From contig JACQCV010000022.1 of NCBI GenBank assembly GCA_016201465.1, forward strand, positions 1 to 45,154: a DNA stretch of 45,154 nucleotides, read 5' to 3'. The position numbers and the translations under genes are program-made. This document shows positions 30,779 to 38,835 of this stretch, piece after piece. Below the pieces are notes generated by a model. The model saw nothing but the letters and a program-made list of their open reading frames with translations. It was not told the DNA's origin and made no database searches. Each line of letters starts with the position of its first letter. The first letter of the stretch is position 1. This DNA comes from Candidatus Vogelbacteria bacterium. GTDB taxonomy: Bacteria > Patescibacteriota > Minisyncoccia > Phycocordibacterales > UBA12445.

Positions 30779-31939
30779 GTGGAAATAGAGAAAAGATTTT
30801 TAAATGTTGATTTGGATGTTTTAAAGCTCGGGCTTGTAAGTTTTTTTACTGATATCAGTTCTGAGGCTATCTTCTCTGTTTTTTCAATTTTCTTTACTGT
30901 AATTCTTGGTGCGTCAGCATCCTTCCTGGGATTGGTCGAGGGATTCTCGGATTTTGCCGCGTCGTCACTTGATTATATTGCTGGTTGGTTATCTGATAAA
31001 TCTGGTAAGAGAAAGTCGCTGGCGTTGGTTGGTTACGGATTTTCGACACTAGCAAAGATTATGCTTTTGTTTGGAACTTCTGTAGCTGTTGCCGCTTCTT
31101 TTAGAGTCGTCGAGCGTCTAGGTAAAAGTTTTCGCGGTCCTCCTCGGGATGCATGGCTTGCATCTGTGGCAGAGTATTCAAATAGAGGATATGTTTTTGG
31201 TTTACATAAAGCGCTGGATAAGGCCGGTGCAATACTTGGTCCGCTTATCGCTTATTTTCTACTATCTCGGTTTGGTCAAGATGAAAGTACGTTTCGCTTA
31301 ATTTTCTTAATTGCGGTATTTGGAGCTTTTACGGCTGTCCTCCTGCTTGCGATAATGAAAGACAAGCCAGGTATTCCTCATAGGAAAGAAAATATTTTCA
31401 AAGCCTGGAAAACTCTAAATTCTAGATTCAAACTGTTTTTAATTCCGGCTGGAATATTTTCTTTAGCCTACTTCAGTTTCAGTTTTTTGCTTTTGAAAGC
31501 ATACCTTGTTGGTTTTGCCATAAAAGATGTTGTCTTACTTTACGCGCTTTTTAATATTTCGTTCGTGGTAATGGCTGTGCCGATTGGGAAGTTGGGAGAT
31601 CTTATTGGTCGCAGGAGTATAATTATTTTGGGATATCTGACATACATTATTATGTCTATTGGGTTTATATTCGCAACTCAAAAATGGGAAATTATAGCTT
31701 TGTTTTTGCTATTCGGAATCTTTTATACAATTGATGAGGCACAGAGTAAGGCTTTTATCTCAGATATAGAAAAAGACAGAAGAGCAACTGCCATTGGTTT
31801 ATACAATTTTGTGACTGGTACAATTTATCTATTTGCGTCAGTTATCGCAGGTTTGCTTTGGGTTATTAATCCCGCATATAGCTTTTTATTTGCGGCAATT
31901 GTTGGGTGTATTGCCGTGAGTCTTTTTATAATTCTTTAA
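30779..31939 (+). CDS. MFS-type transporter
   Basis: 386 aa and about 12 hydrophobic segments. Motifs GWLSDKSGKRKS and GKLGDLIGRRS are MFS loop 2-3/8-9-like. GTG start. Confidence 0.7.
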   Translation: MEIEKRFLNVDLDVLKLGLVSFFTDISSEAIFSVFSIFFTVILGASASFLGLVEGFSDFAASSLDYIAGWLSDKSGKRKSLALVGYGFSTLAKIMLLFGTSVAVAASFRVVERLGKSFRGPPRDAWLASVAEYSNRGYVFGLHKALDKAGAILGPLIAYFLLSRFGQDESTFRLIFLIAVFGAFTAVLLLAIMKDKPGIPHRKENIFKAWKTLNSRFKLFLIPAGIFSLAYFSFSFLLLKAYLVGFAIKDVVLLYALFNISFVVMAVPIGKLGDLIGRRSIIILGYLTYIIMSIGFIFATQKWEIIALFLLFGIFYTIDEAQSKAFISDIEKDRRATAIGLYNFVTGTIYLFASVIAGLLWVINPAYSFLFAAIVGCIAVSLFIIL

Positions 31940-31966
31940 AAGGTTGCTATAATTAATACATAATTT

Positions 31967-33727
31967 ATGCTTAAAAAATATTTAGTTGTTTATATTATTT
32001 GCGGTCTTATGTTGTCACCTCTTTCGGCTTTGGCGATTACAAAACAGGTGAAGGATAGTCGTTCAACATTTACTATCGAGGACCGACATACATATCCAGT
32101 AGTTTTTCTGCCCGGTATGGCGGGTTCTGTACTCTCCCTCGGTGGAGGCAATGACGTCTGGCCGGGGTCCTTGTCTGGTGGTGATAGTTCGTTTGATGAT
32201 CTCTCACTGAAGATTGATGGGCGCACGGCAGAACACGGTCGTCGTCTTCTTGCTGTAGACGTAATGAAGTATGGAGTTGGTGATGCCTCTGGATTTCAAG
32301 GGGGATGGTTTGCTTTCCCTGTTTATCAAGGGTTTTATGATTATATGATGAATGAAGGATATTCTCTTTCTGAAAATCTTAAAACAGGTAAACAGTTCTT
32401 TGATTTCCCTTATGACTTCAGAACTGATAATCACGATTGGACCAAGTTACTTGATAAAAAGATTGATGAGGTTCGCGATAAGACGAAGAGCGATAAAGTT
32501 ATTCTATTTGCTCACAGTATGGGGGGATATCAGGCGCGTTTGTACATAGCGGATCCAAGTCGCGCTAAAAAGGTTGCGGCGGTAGTTTTTATGGGTACGC
32601 CACACCACGGTTCCCCAATGGCTTTTTGGTCCTATACTAACGGTTATAATTTTGGTAACAAAAAGATATCTGATACAAAAATGTGGGAGGTTGCTGCAAA
32701 TTGGCCCGGCGGTTACCAGCTTTTGCCGGACTACAAATTTTTACAAAATGCAGATGGCTCTTTTTGGAGTATTGATCGAACATATGGAGATGGATATATC
32801 ACACAGCAAGAGTATGATCATTATCTCAAGGCCAAGAAAGATGGCCGTCCATATAATATCACTTATGGTTTGCCAAATAAGCAGTTCGTTAAAGATAGTC
32901 TCGCCCTTCACGCTGGTTTTGGCTTAAAGTTGCCACAGTATCCGGAGCTCTCCTATTATATGATTGAAGGAACCAAACAGGACACCGTTCAATATTTTGA
33001 GGCAGATCTGGAAAATGTTGGTTTGCCCAAACCACTTTTGAAATTGACTAAAATTATAACACCCAGGGGGGATGGCACGGTTGCATCAGGGGGTTCGCGG
33101 GTAGAGGGTGCCACTAAATTTTCTGTCCCATCAGAGCATGGAGCTATAGCGTCAAATGCCGGAACTCATAAACTTCTAACCATGATTGTAAGGGGGGTTA
33201 ATCACGAGATAGAACGTGAAGGGATTGCGCAGGATATTTCGAAGTTTGCCACTACTCATTTACAAACATTGGCCCTTACAGACAAAAAAACACAGTCAGT
33301 AATCACGGCTGATGATAAAGATAAAAATCTTATTCAGGCTCTAATACAGATATTATTTGTTGGTACGCCAGACGAAAAGAAAATTGCTTTACGGGATGAA
33401 CTTCGAGCTAAATCTAAACAGCTTTTTAAAACCACACACGCAAATATAATAATTAGGGATTCTAAAAACGGCGACGACAGTTACTATATTATCATTGAGA
33501 ACTATGGCGTCGTATCAACAGGCCCAGGTGTCGTTAATAGTGCGCTTCTCACTGTTACGATAGATTCAAAAGAAACATTCGATGATATTGTGAATAATGT
33601 CATCGATCCAGTCACAGTGCTTCAGCAGGGAAAGATTACACTGTCCGGCAGTGGCCCGATTCAAACTTTTACTTTTAAACTTTTTGAATGGATCAGTAAA
33701 TACGTGTCTAAATTCCTAAAAGGATAA
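31967..33727 (+). CDS. Secreted LCAT/PGAP1-like alpha/beta-hydrolase (lipase/acyltransferase) with a C-terminal SCP2-like lipid-binding domain
   Basis: Has a signal peptide. YPVVFLPGMAGSVL is an LCAT-type N-terminal motif and ILFAHSMGG is the GxSxG nucleophile elbow. The C-terminal ~120 aa end in a QQGKITLSGSG-like SCP2 tail. Confidence 0.6.
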   Translation: MLKKYLVVYIICGLMLSPLSALAITKQVKDSRSTFTIEDRHTYPVVFLPGMAGSVLSLGGGNDVWPGSLSGGDSSFDDLSLKIDGRTAEHGRRLLAVDVMKYGVGDASGFQGGWFAFPVYQGFYDYMMNEGYSLSENLKTGKQFFDFPYDFRTDNHDWTKLLDKKIDEVRDKTKSDKVILFAHSMGGYQARLYIADPSRAKKVAAVVFMGTPHHGSPMAFWSYTNGYNFGNKKISDTKMWEVAANWPGGYQLLPDYKFLQNADGSFWSIDRTYGDGYITQQEYDHYLKAKKDGRPYNITYGLPNKQFVKDSLALHAGFGLKLPQYPELSYYMIEGTKQDTVQYFEADLENVGLPKPLLKLTKIITPRGDGTVASGGSRVEGATKFSVPSEHGAIASNAGTHKLLTMIVRGVNHEIEREGIAQDISKFATTHLQTLALTDKKTQSVITADDKDKNLIQALIQILFVGTPDEKKIALRDELRAKSKQLFKTTHANIIIRDSKNGDDSYYIIIENYGVVSTGPGVVNSALLTVTIDSKETFDDIVNNVIDPVTVLQQGKITLSGSGPIQTFTFKLFEWISKYVSKFLKG

Positions 33728-33818
33728 GTTGACATATCTGAAGTAAAATGGTAGTTTCTCGCAAGACGATCGTTAACTATTAAGGATCAAATCCTCAGTA
33801 TATGTCTGAGGGAAAGAG

Positions 33819-34598
33819 GTGTTTGTGAATACAACTGTATTTTCTGCGTTGGGGCGAAGAGATTACCAGGAAGATCGATGCGTTCAAGCGAGTCTAAGTT
33901 CCGGAGATCTTCTGGCGGTATTTGATGGGCATTCAGGTTCGACGGTTGTCGAAATTGTTTCCAAAAACTTGCTGGTGGTATTCGGGAGTGAATACCAAAA
34001 GATGAAGAGTAATTGTCCAGTGGATTACGAGAAACTCTTGCGATTAGTGACTGCCAAGCTTGACGATATGGTGAAGGATACAGAATCAGGCGGCTCAACT
34101 ATGTCTCTTGTTTTTATTCCAAATGAGAACGAAGGTCGGGTTGCCTACGTTGCGGTTATTGGTGACTCTCCGGTTGTAATCACTGATAATGTCGGTAAAA
34201 TATTCATAGGTCCGGATCACAACGTTCGAAACAATTTAAAGGAGCGGAAAGCTGCCGAACTCCGTGGGGGACTTTATCCTGGAGACGGGTATCTTTATGA
34301 ACCGCAAGGACGACATGGTCTGCAGCTTGCACGTGATTTGGGTAACAGGAAGAAATTTGGCAACGTTCTGTCTCACGAGCCGGATACAGCGAGGGTTTGT
34401 TTGGGTGAGGAGAGTATTGTTTTGATCGCAAGCGATGGTGTTTTTGATCCAGCGCATGAAACAGATACTATGCTTCAGGCTAAGCATTTCGTTGATATGA
34501 TAAGAGCCGGAAGCGATGCTAAGGATCTTGTTGAAGACGCTATTGCAAGACAAACAGGAGATAACGTGACAGCAATTGTCTGGAAGGCAGAGAAGTAA
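33819..34598 (+). CDS. PP2C-family Ser/Thr protein phosphatase
   Basis: Motifs GRRDYQEDRCV, LLAVFDGHSG, VIGDSPVV, ASDGVFD and GDNVTAIVW. GTG start. Confidence 0.85.
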   Translation: MFVNTTVFSALGRRDYQEDRCVQASLSSGDLLAVFDGHSGSTVVEIVSKNLLVVFGSEYQKMKSNCPVDYEKLLRLVTAKLDDMVKDTESGGSTMSLVFIPNENEGRVAYVAVIGDSPVVITDNVGKIFIGPDHNVRNNLKERKAAELRGGLYPGDGYLYEPQGRHGLQLARDLGNRKKFGNVLSHEPDTARVCLGEESIVLIASDGVFDPAHETDTMLQAKHFVDMIRAGSDAKDLVEDAIARQTGDNVTAIVWKAEK

Positions 34599-34614
34599 TA
34601 TATAGTTTTAATTG

Positions 34615-34640
34615 TCCCGCACATTGGTGCGGGATTTTGA
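34615..34640 (+). terminator. Rho-independent terminator
   Basis: tcccgcac-attg-gtgcggga followed by TTTT. Confidence 0.8.
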
Positions 34641-34681
34641 TTTGTATCAAATGCGCAAGACTGGTTATAATATCTATAGTT

Positions 34682-35203
34682 ATGAAAACAAGGAATAAAT
34701 TAAAAAAAAGCAAAAAAAGCGGACAAGTCGTAGTTGCTGTCAGTGGGGGATTTGACCCGATACATATTGGTCATGTGAGAATGTTTAAAGAGGCCAAAAG
34801 GTTGGGTGATAAACTTGTTGTTATTTTAAACAACGATAACTGGCTTCGAAATAAAAAGGGTTACGCGTTTATGTCTGAAAAGGAACGGATTGAAATTATT
34901 AAATCAATCGATGACGTGGATGAGGTTTTGTTGACTCATCATAAGAAGAATTTTACCGATCGAAGTGTGTGTCGAGAGTTGCTTGAAATTAAGCCAGATA
35001 TATTTGCGAACGGTGGTGATCGAACTAAAAAGAATATTCCTGAAATTGCGACCTGCGATGAAATTGGTTGCAAAATGATCTTTGGTGTCGGTTGGGGAGG
35101 TAAGGTTCAATCAAGTTCTTGGCTCACTCAAGGGGTCATTGAACACATTAGATGTAAGTGCGGTGAAAAGTTGTCGTGCGGAAAATGTAGCACTCGAAAT
35201 TGA
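34682..35203 (+). CDS. Cytidylyltransferase-superfamily nucleotidyltransferase (HxGH) with a Cys-rich C-terminal tail
   Basis: VVAVSGGFDPIHIGHVRMFKEAKRLGDKLVVILNND and ERIEIIKSIDDVDEV. I prefer the ATG at 34682 because the track start 34637 lies inside the upstream terminator. Confidence 0.7.
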   Translation: MKTRNKLKKSKKSGQVVVAVSGGFDPIHIGHVRMFKEAKRLGDKLVVILNNDNWLRNKKGYAFMSEKERIEIIKSIDDVDEVLLTHHKKNFTDRSVCRELLEIKPDIFANGGDRTKKNIPEIATCDEIGCKMIFGVGWGGKVQSSSWLTQGVIEHIRCKCGEKLSCGKCSTRN

Positions 35204-35318
35204 AGCCTTGTATGGATAGAGATGTTTATTGGGTCTTCGATTAGTGGATTTTTCCTACGTCACAGGTAGATAATTTTTTATTTGTCCCGTCCATTTTTTT
35301 AAAATTGTCTCCATATAT

Positions 35319-35346
35319 TTGACTTTTACACTAATAATGTTATACT
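35319..35346 (+). promoter_or_regulatory. Consensus promoter TTGACT, 16 nt spacer, TATACT
   Basis: TTGACT at 35319-35324 and TATACT at 35341-35346, upstream of the GC-rich gene pair. Confidence 0.55.
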
Positions 35347-35407
35347 TATTTTGAATTTGGTGGTGAGTTGGACTTTGTAAACAGGGGTAATTATATAGGA
35401 GGAGTTC

Positions 35408-36067
35408 ATGTCTACTTTCGCGAGGCTGAAGCGTATGGTCAAGAGTAGGGTTAATGGGATGTTTGATACGATTCCGTCTTCTTATGAGTCTACACCGTGG
35501 ACCGACCCATCATCCGAGAATGTTCACAAGCGGCCAATAAGGCCCGAGATTCCAGAAGATGCTCTGTTTGAGGATCTGCAGAATAGTATGACTCTTGATC
35601 GGAGGTTAGCGAATGAGTTGTACAATATCATGTCCATGGACGACGCACTTCCTTGGCTTATGAACCTATCTCGACTTCTCGAGAAGAGATCTGAAGGCGG
35701 GGTTGATCGGCTGAGTAAGGAGGTAGTTTGCGACATTATCGGTGGGGTTAATGCTCATGTCGATGAACTTCTGCTGGCACAGCAAGGTGATCCGGTAGCG
35801 GCGGGAGTTAGTATTAAGGTAGTCTTTGACTCGGTTGCGTTATCGGTGAGTGGCGTGGCCGTTAATAGAGAGGAACTCATAAGGTGTATTGAGTTTCGGA
35901 GCGGAGTTTCAAAGTCTGTGGCCTCGTGGTGGGCTGAGTTGATTCCACTTCTTTTGCCTCTTCACAAGAACTTATTGCCGCAGGTTTCGGTTATGACCGA
36001 AAATGGTAAGTATATTCTTTGCAAAAAAGAATCTCCTAAGGAGGACGGGGAATGTCCAAAACCCTGA
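35408..36067 (+). CDS. Hypothetical protein (GC-rich, SD-led)
   Basis: SD AGGAGGAG 5 nt upstream. 219 aa. I recognise no family. Confidence 0.55.
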   Translation: MSTFARLKRMVKSRVNGMFDTIPSSYESTPWTDPSSENVHKRPIRPEIPEDALFEDLQNSMTLDRRLANELYNIMSMDDALPWLMNLSRLLEKRSEGGVDRLSKEVVCDIIGGVNAHVDELLLAQQGDPVAAGVSIKVVFDSVALSVSGVAVNREELIRCIEFRSGVSKSVASWWAELIPLLLPLHKNLLPQVSVMTENGKYILCKKESPKEDGECPKP

Positions 36068-36909
36068 GAGCTGTTACAGCCCTTGTGTTGGGATTTTTGT
36101 TCACCGCTTTTTTTGGTATGGGCGGTGCCGTTCTTGGAATTATTTTTAAAATTCCATGCATGGTGATCGGCTGCAAAAATCCTTTCCGCTACATCGTCAA
36201 TTTTTGGGCGTTCTTGATTACGGAAGTTTGTGTTCGGAGGCTGCTGTCGATAGAAACAGTAATCACTAGTACGGTTCCACCGATTGCGGACGACGAAGTT
36301 GTTGTTTGTTTTGGGAACCATCCATCAACCCTTGGTGTCGCAACTTTCACACACTTCGTCTGTCAGTATTTGTCTACTGATATTCTTGTAGTTTCGAAGA
36401 TTGAGCACCTATGGAATCCATTTATCGGTTGGCCTCTTTGGTGCTTAGATTCGGGAATTTTCGTTGACCGGAGTAGCCCGAATGATTCAAGCGAGGCAAT
36501 CGATAACGGTATGGCAAGTTGTCTGCGAGTTCCTTCTGCGATCGTGATTTTTCCCGATATGCACCGCCCCTCTGAGAAGCTGATTGAGGAAGATCGGAGG
36601 AAGTTTAAGGACAAGATTCCTGGACTCCAAAGTTGGCTAAAGCAAACACTTGTCCCGCGGGGCGGCGGTTCGTACGGTTTGATCCGGGCGGTTAAGGGTA
36701 GAAAAGTCAGGGCGGTTCAAATCACGACGTTTTGTGACCATGCTGATAATAACATCTGGAAACTTTTCAATCTCTTTGGCGCGAAGTTCTACATTGAGGC
36801 TAAGCAGGATTTAGAGATTCTTAATCTTGATCGTGCCAGTCTCGATCAGCATCAAAATGCCGAGTGGAAGGAAAAAAACGAAGTGATTGAGCGTGGGAAA
36901 ATAAAGTAG
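36052..36909 (+). CDS. Membrane-associated acyltransferase-like protein (LPLAT/PlsC-like, divergent motifs)
   Basis: N-terminal TM segments. VVCFGNHPSTLGV compares with the NHxxxxD block, and VIFPDMHRPS with the FPEGTR block. SD AAGGAGGA upstream. It overlaps the previous gene by 16 nt. Confidence 0.4.
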   Translation: MSKTLRAVTALVLGFLFTAFFGMGGAVLGIIFKIPCMVIGCKNPFRYIVNFWAFLITEVCVRRLLSIETVITSTVPPIADDEVVVCFGNHPSTLGVATFTHFVCQYLSTDILVVSKIEHLWNPFIGWPLWCLDSGIFVDRSSPNDSSEAIDNGMASCLRVPSAIVIFPDMHRPSEKLIEEDRRKFKDKIPGLQSWLKQTLVPRGGGSYGLIRAVKGRKVRAVQITTFCDHADNNIWKLFNLFGAKFYIEAKQDLEILNLDRASLDQHQNAEWKEKNEVIERGKIK

Positions 36910-36916
36910 CAGAGTC

Positions 36917-36947
36917 GCCGCCGGCATCCCTGGCGGCCTTATTTTTT
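36917..36947 (+). terminator. Rho-independent terminator
   Basis: gccgccgg-catc-cctggcggc followed by cttATTTTTT. Confidence 0.8.
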
Positions 36948-36977
36948 ATATACACTATATTTTGTGTTAGACTGAAT

Positions 36978-38036
36978 GTGATTATGCGCCCTTCTTCCAA
37001 AATAATTTTGTATTTAATCGGTGTAGCTATGCTGTGTATAGCTACATACTTTCTGGTCTATGAAGGTTTTTTAAAAGCAGAAGGAATTAAGTTTGAATCA
37101 GCAACTGTCTACGTCGCCCCAGTACCTGTATTGGATAAAATCGCCTACGACAAAAAATTAATCGAAGCCGCTAACTATGGAACCACTACGCCCCGTACTG
37201 CATCGTCAACACCGAATCTGTGGCCAGTCAAAACGGTTTATCCTAATATTGGAGCGATCTTACCTTTTAAACGTATCGTTGCGTATTACGGAAATTTTTA
37301 TTCTACAGGTATGGGGGTCTTGGGTCAGTATCCTCCACAAGAGATGTTAAGGAGACTTGGTGAAGATGTAAAAAAGTGGCAGCTTGCAGATCCAGGTACA
37401 CCAGTCATGCCAGCCCTGGACTACATTGCTGTCACCGCTCAGGGGAGTTCTGGTCCAACCGGTAAATATCTGCTCAGAATGCCGCCCGATCAGATTGCGC
37501 GCGCAATTGATCTAGCCAGTCAGGTTAACGGAATTGTTATTTTAGACATTCAGGTGGGACAAAGTAATCTTCAAACAGAAGTACCTCTACTAAGAAGTTT
37601 CCTAAAAATGTCCCAGGTCCATCTTGCGATTGATCCGGAATTTTCGATGAAGACAGGGGCTAGGCCAGGGACTGTGATAGGAACTTTTGACGCGGAGGAT
37701 GTAAATTATGTTACAAATTTTTTGGCGAATTTGGTCAAGGAAAATAATTTGCCGCCAAAGATTTTGATTGTCCATCGCTTTACACAAGCCATGGTGACAC
37801 ATTATAAAAAGATAACACCTCTGCCGGAAGTCGAGATCGTTATGGATATGGATGGCTGGGGCACGCCGGCTAGAAAAATAAATAGTTATATCGAATATAT
37901 CCAAAAGGAACCGGTACAATTTACGGGCATGAAACTCTTTTATAAAAATGATCTTTGGGCGCCGAGCTCAGGGATGATGATGCCTTCGGATATTTTAAAA
38001 TTAAAACCGCGACCGTTATTTATTCAATATCAATAG
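36978..38036 (+). CDS. Membrane-anchored hypothetical exoprotein
   Basis: N-terminal TM IILYLIGVAMLCIATYFLVY followed by a 330-aa soluble domain. I recognise no family. The start is GTG at 36978 or ATG at 36984. Confidence 0.55.
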   Translation: MIMRPSSKIILYLIGVAMLCIATYFLVYEGFLKAEGIKFESATVYVAPVPVLDKIAYDKKLIEAANYGTTTPRTASSTPNLWPVKTVYPNIGAILPFKRIVAYYGNFYSTGMGVLGQYPPQEMLRRLGEDVKKWQLADPGTPVMPALDYIAVTAQGSSGPTGKYLLRMPPDQIARAIDLASQVNGIVILDIQVGQSNLQTEVPLLRSFLKMSQVHLAIDPEFSMKTGARPGTVIGTFDAEDVNYVTNFLANLVKENNLPPKILIVHRFTQAMVTHYKKITPLPEVEIVMDMDGWGTPARKINSYIEYIQKEPVQFTGMKLFYKNDLWAPSSGMMMPSDILKLKPRPLFIQYQ

Positions 38037-38096
38037 ATAGATTTACAGATTGTTGTTTTTTGTATATAAATGTATTTGGAAAAGGAGGTTGGTTAA

Positions 38097-38453
38097 ATGT
38101 CGAAAAAGTATCTTGGCAAACTCACCGAATACCAGGATCAGGGTGGCGAAGGGGCGATTGACTGGTGTTTGTTTATTCCAGAACTGCATGGAAAGAGTGA
38201 TTGTCTACAGCCTGTTCAAAGAGGAGATAGGCTTAAGATTTTTGAAAAGGATGGCAGGGTTATTTTCGATGGAATTGTTGAGCCAGATTTCGAGAGTGTG
38301 TATGAATTCGCTCGTGAGAACTGGGCGAAAATGAATATGGATCCAAAAAAGTTCCCTGGAGTGTCGACTTGGACGCAAAAGGGTTTACATTTTCGGGACT
38401 GGTCTAAGTTTTTCTTTGATGGTCTTAAGGCCGAATTGACTAAAAGCAAGTAA
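38097..38453 (+). CDS. Hypothetical protein (SD-led)
   Basis: SD AAGGAGG 8 nt upstream. I prefer it over the overlapping track ORFs 37955.. and 38050.. . Confidence 0.5.
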   Translation: MSKKYLGKLTEYQDQGGEGAIDWCLFIPELHGKSDCLQPVQRGDRLKIFEKDGRVIFDGIVEPDFESVYEFARENWAKMNMDPKKFPGVSTWTQKGLHFRDWSKFFFDGLKAELTKSK

Positions 38454-38470
38454 CTAAGGGGGAGATTGAG

Positions 38471-38752
38471 ATGGGTATTAATGACAATAACGAAGTGGCA
38501 AGAAAAAAGCAGGCGGAAAAATGGAGAAAACAGATTAAGCAGATAGTGAAAGAAGGAATGAGACGGGAGATTGAGGCGATTATTGTAAGAGATATGCCCG
38601 GCTGGACCCTGGCCCCGGATTCTCATCCGGAGAAAGATTTCGACGGTGATGGATACAAGACTGACAGCTATATGGTCACAGTTCAGAGCAAAAATGGCTT
38701 TACCAAGAGTGCTGTCATCTCTGATGGGAAAGTGATTGGTTCTCAGGGATAG
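38471..38752 (+). CDS. Hypothetical protein (SD-led)
   Basis: SD AGGGGGAG upstream. 93 aa. Confidence 0.5.
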   Translation: MGINDNNEVARKKQAEKWRKQIKQIVKEGMRREIEAIIVRDMPGWTLAPDSHPEKDFDGDGYKTDSYMVTVQSKNGFTKSAVISDGKVIGSQG

Positions 38753-38760
38753 TAGTTTGT

Positions 38761-38789
38761 ACCACTGGCGTAGTCCAGTGGTTTTTTTA
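38761..38789 (+). terminator. Rho-independent terminator
   Basis: accactgg-cgtagt-ccagtggt followed by TTTTTT. Confidence 0.85.
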
Positions 38790-38835
38790 TTGGTATACTT
38801 TTGTTATAATTAAGGTATATAAATTTAATAAAAAA

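Noticed and set aside
34637-34681. Upstream extension of the cytidylyltransferase ORF (track start 34637)
   Set aside because: That start lies within the stem and T-run of the upstream terminator (34615-34640). The extension encodes a Cys/Ile-rich non-homologous peptide. The ATG at 34682 precedes the conserved domain.
36281-36310. gaagttgttgt match to the reverse complement of the candidate VR (possible inverted TR)
   Set aside because: Only 11 nt match. The flanking mismatches are not confined to T/A positions. The match lies inside a well-supported coding region 13 kb away.
38050-38334. Overlapping plus-strand ORFs 37955..38161 and 38050..38334, and minus ORF 38216..38626
   Set aside because: No SD or promoter is present. 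They overlap the SD-led ORFs 38097..38453 and 38471..38752, which are better supported.
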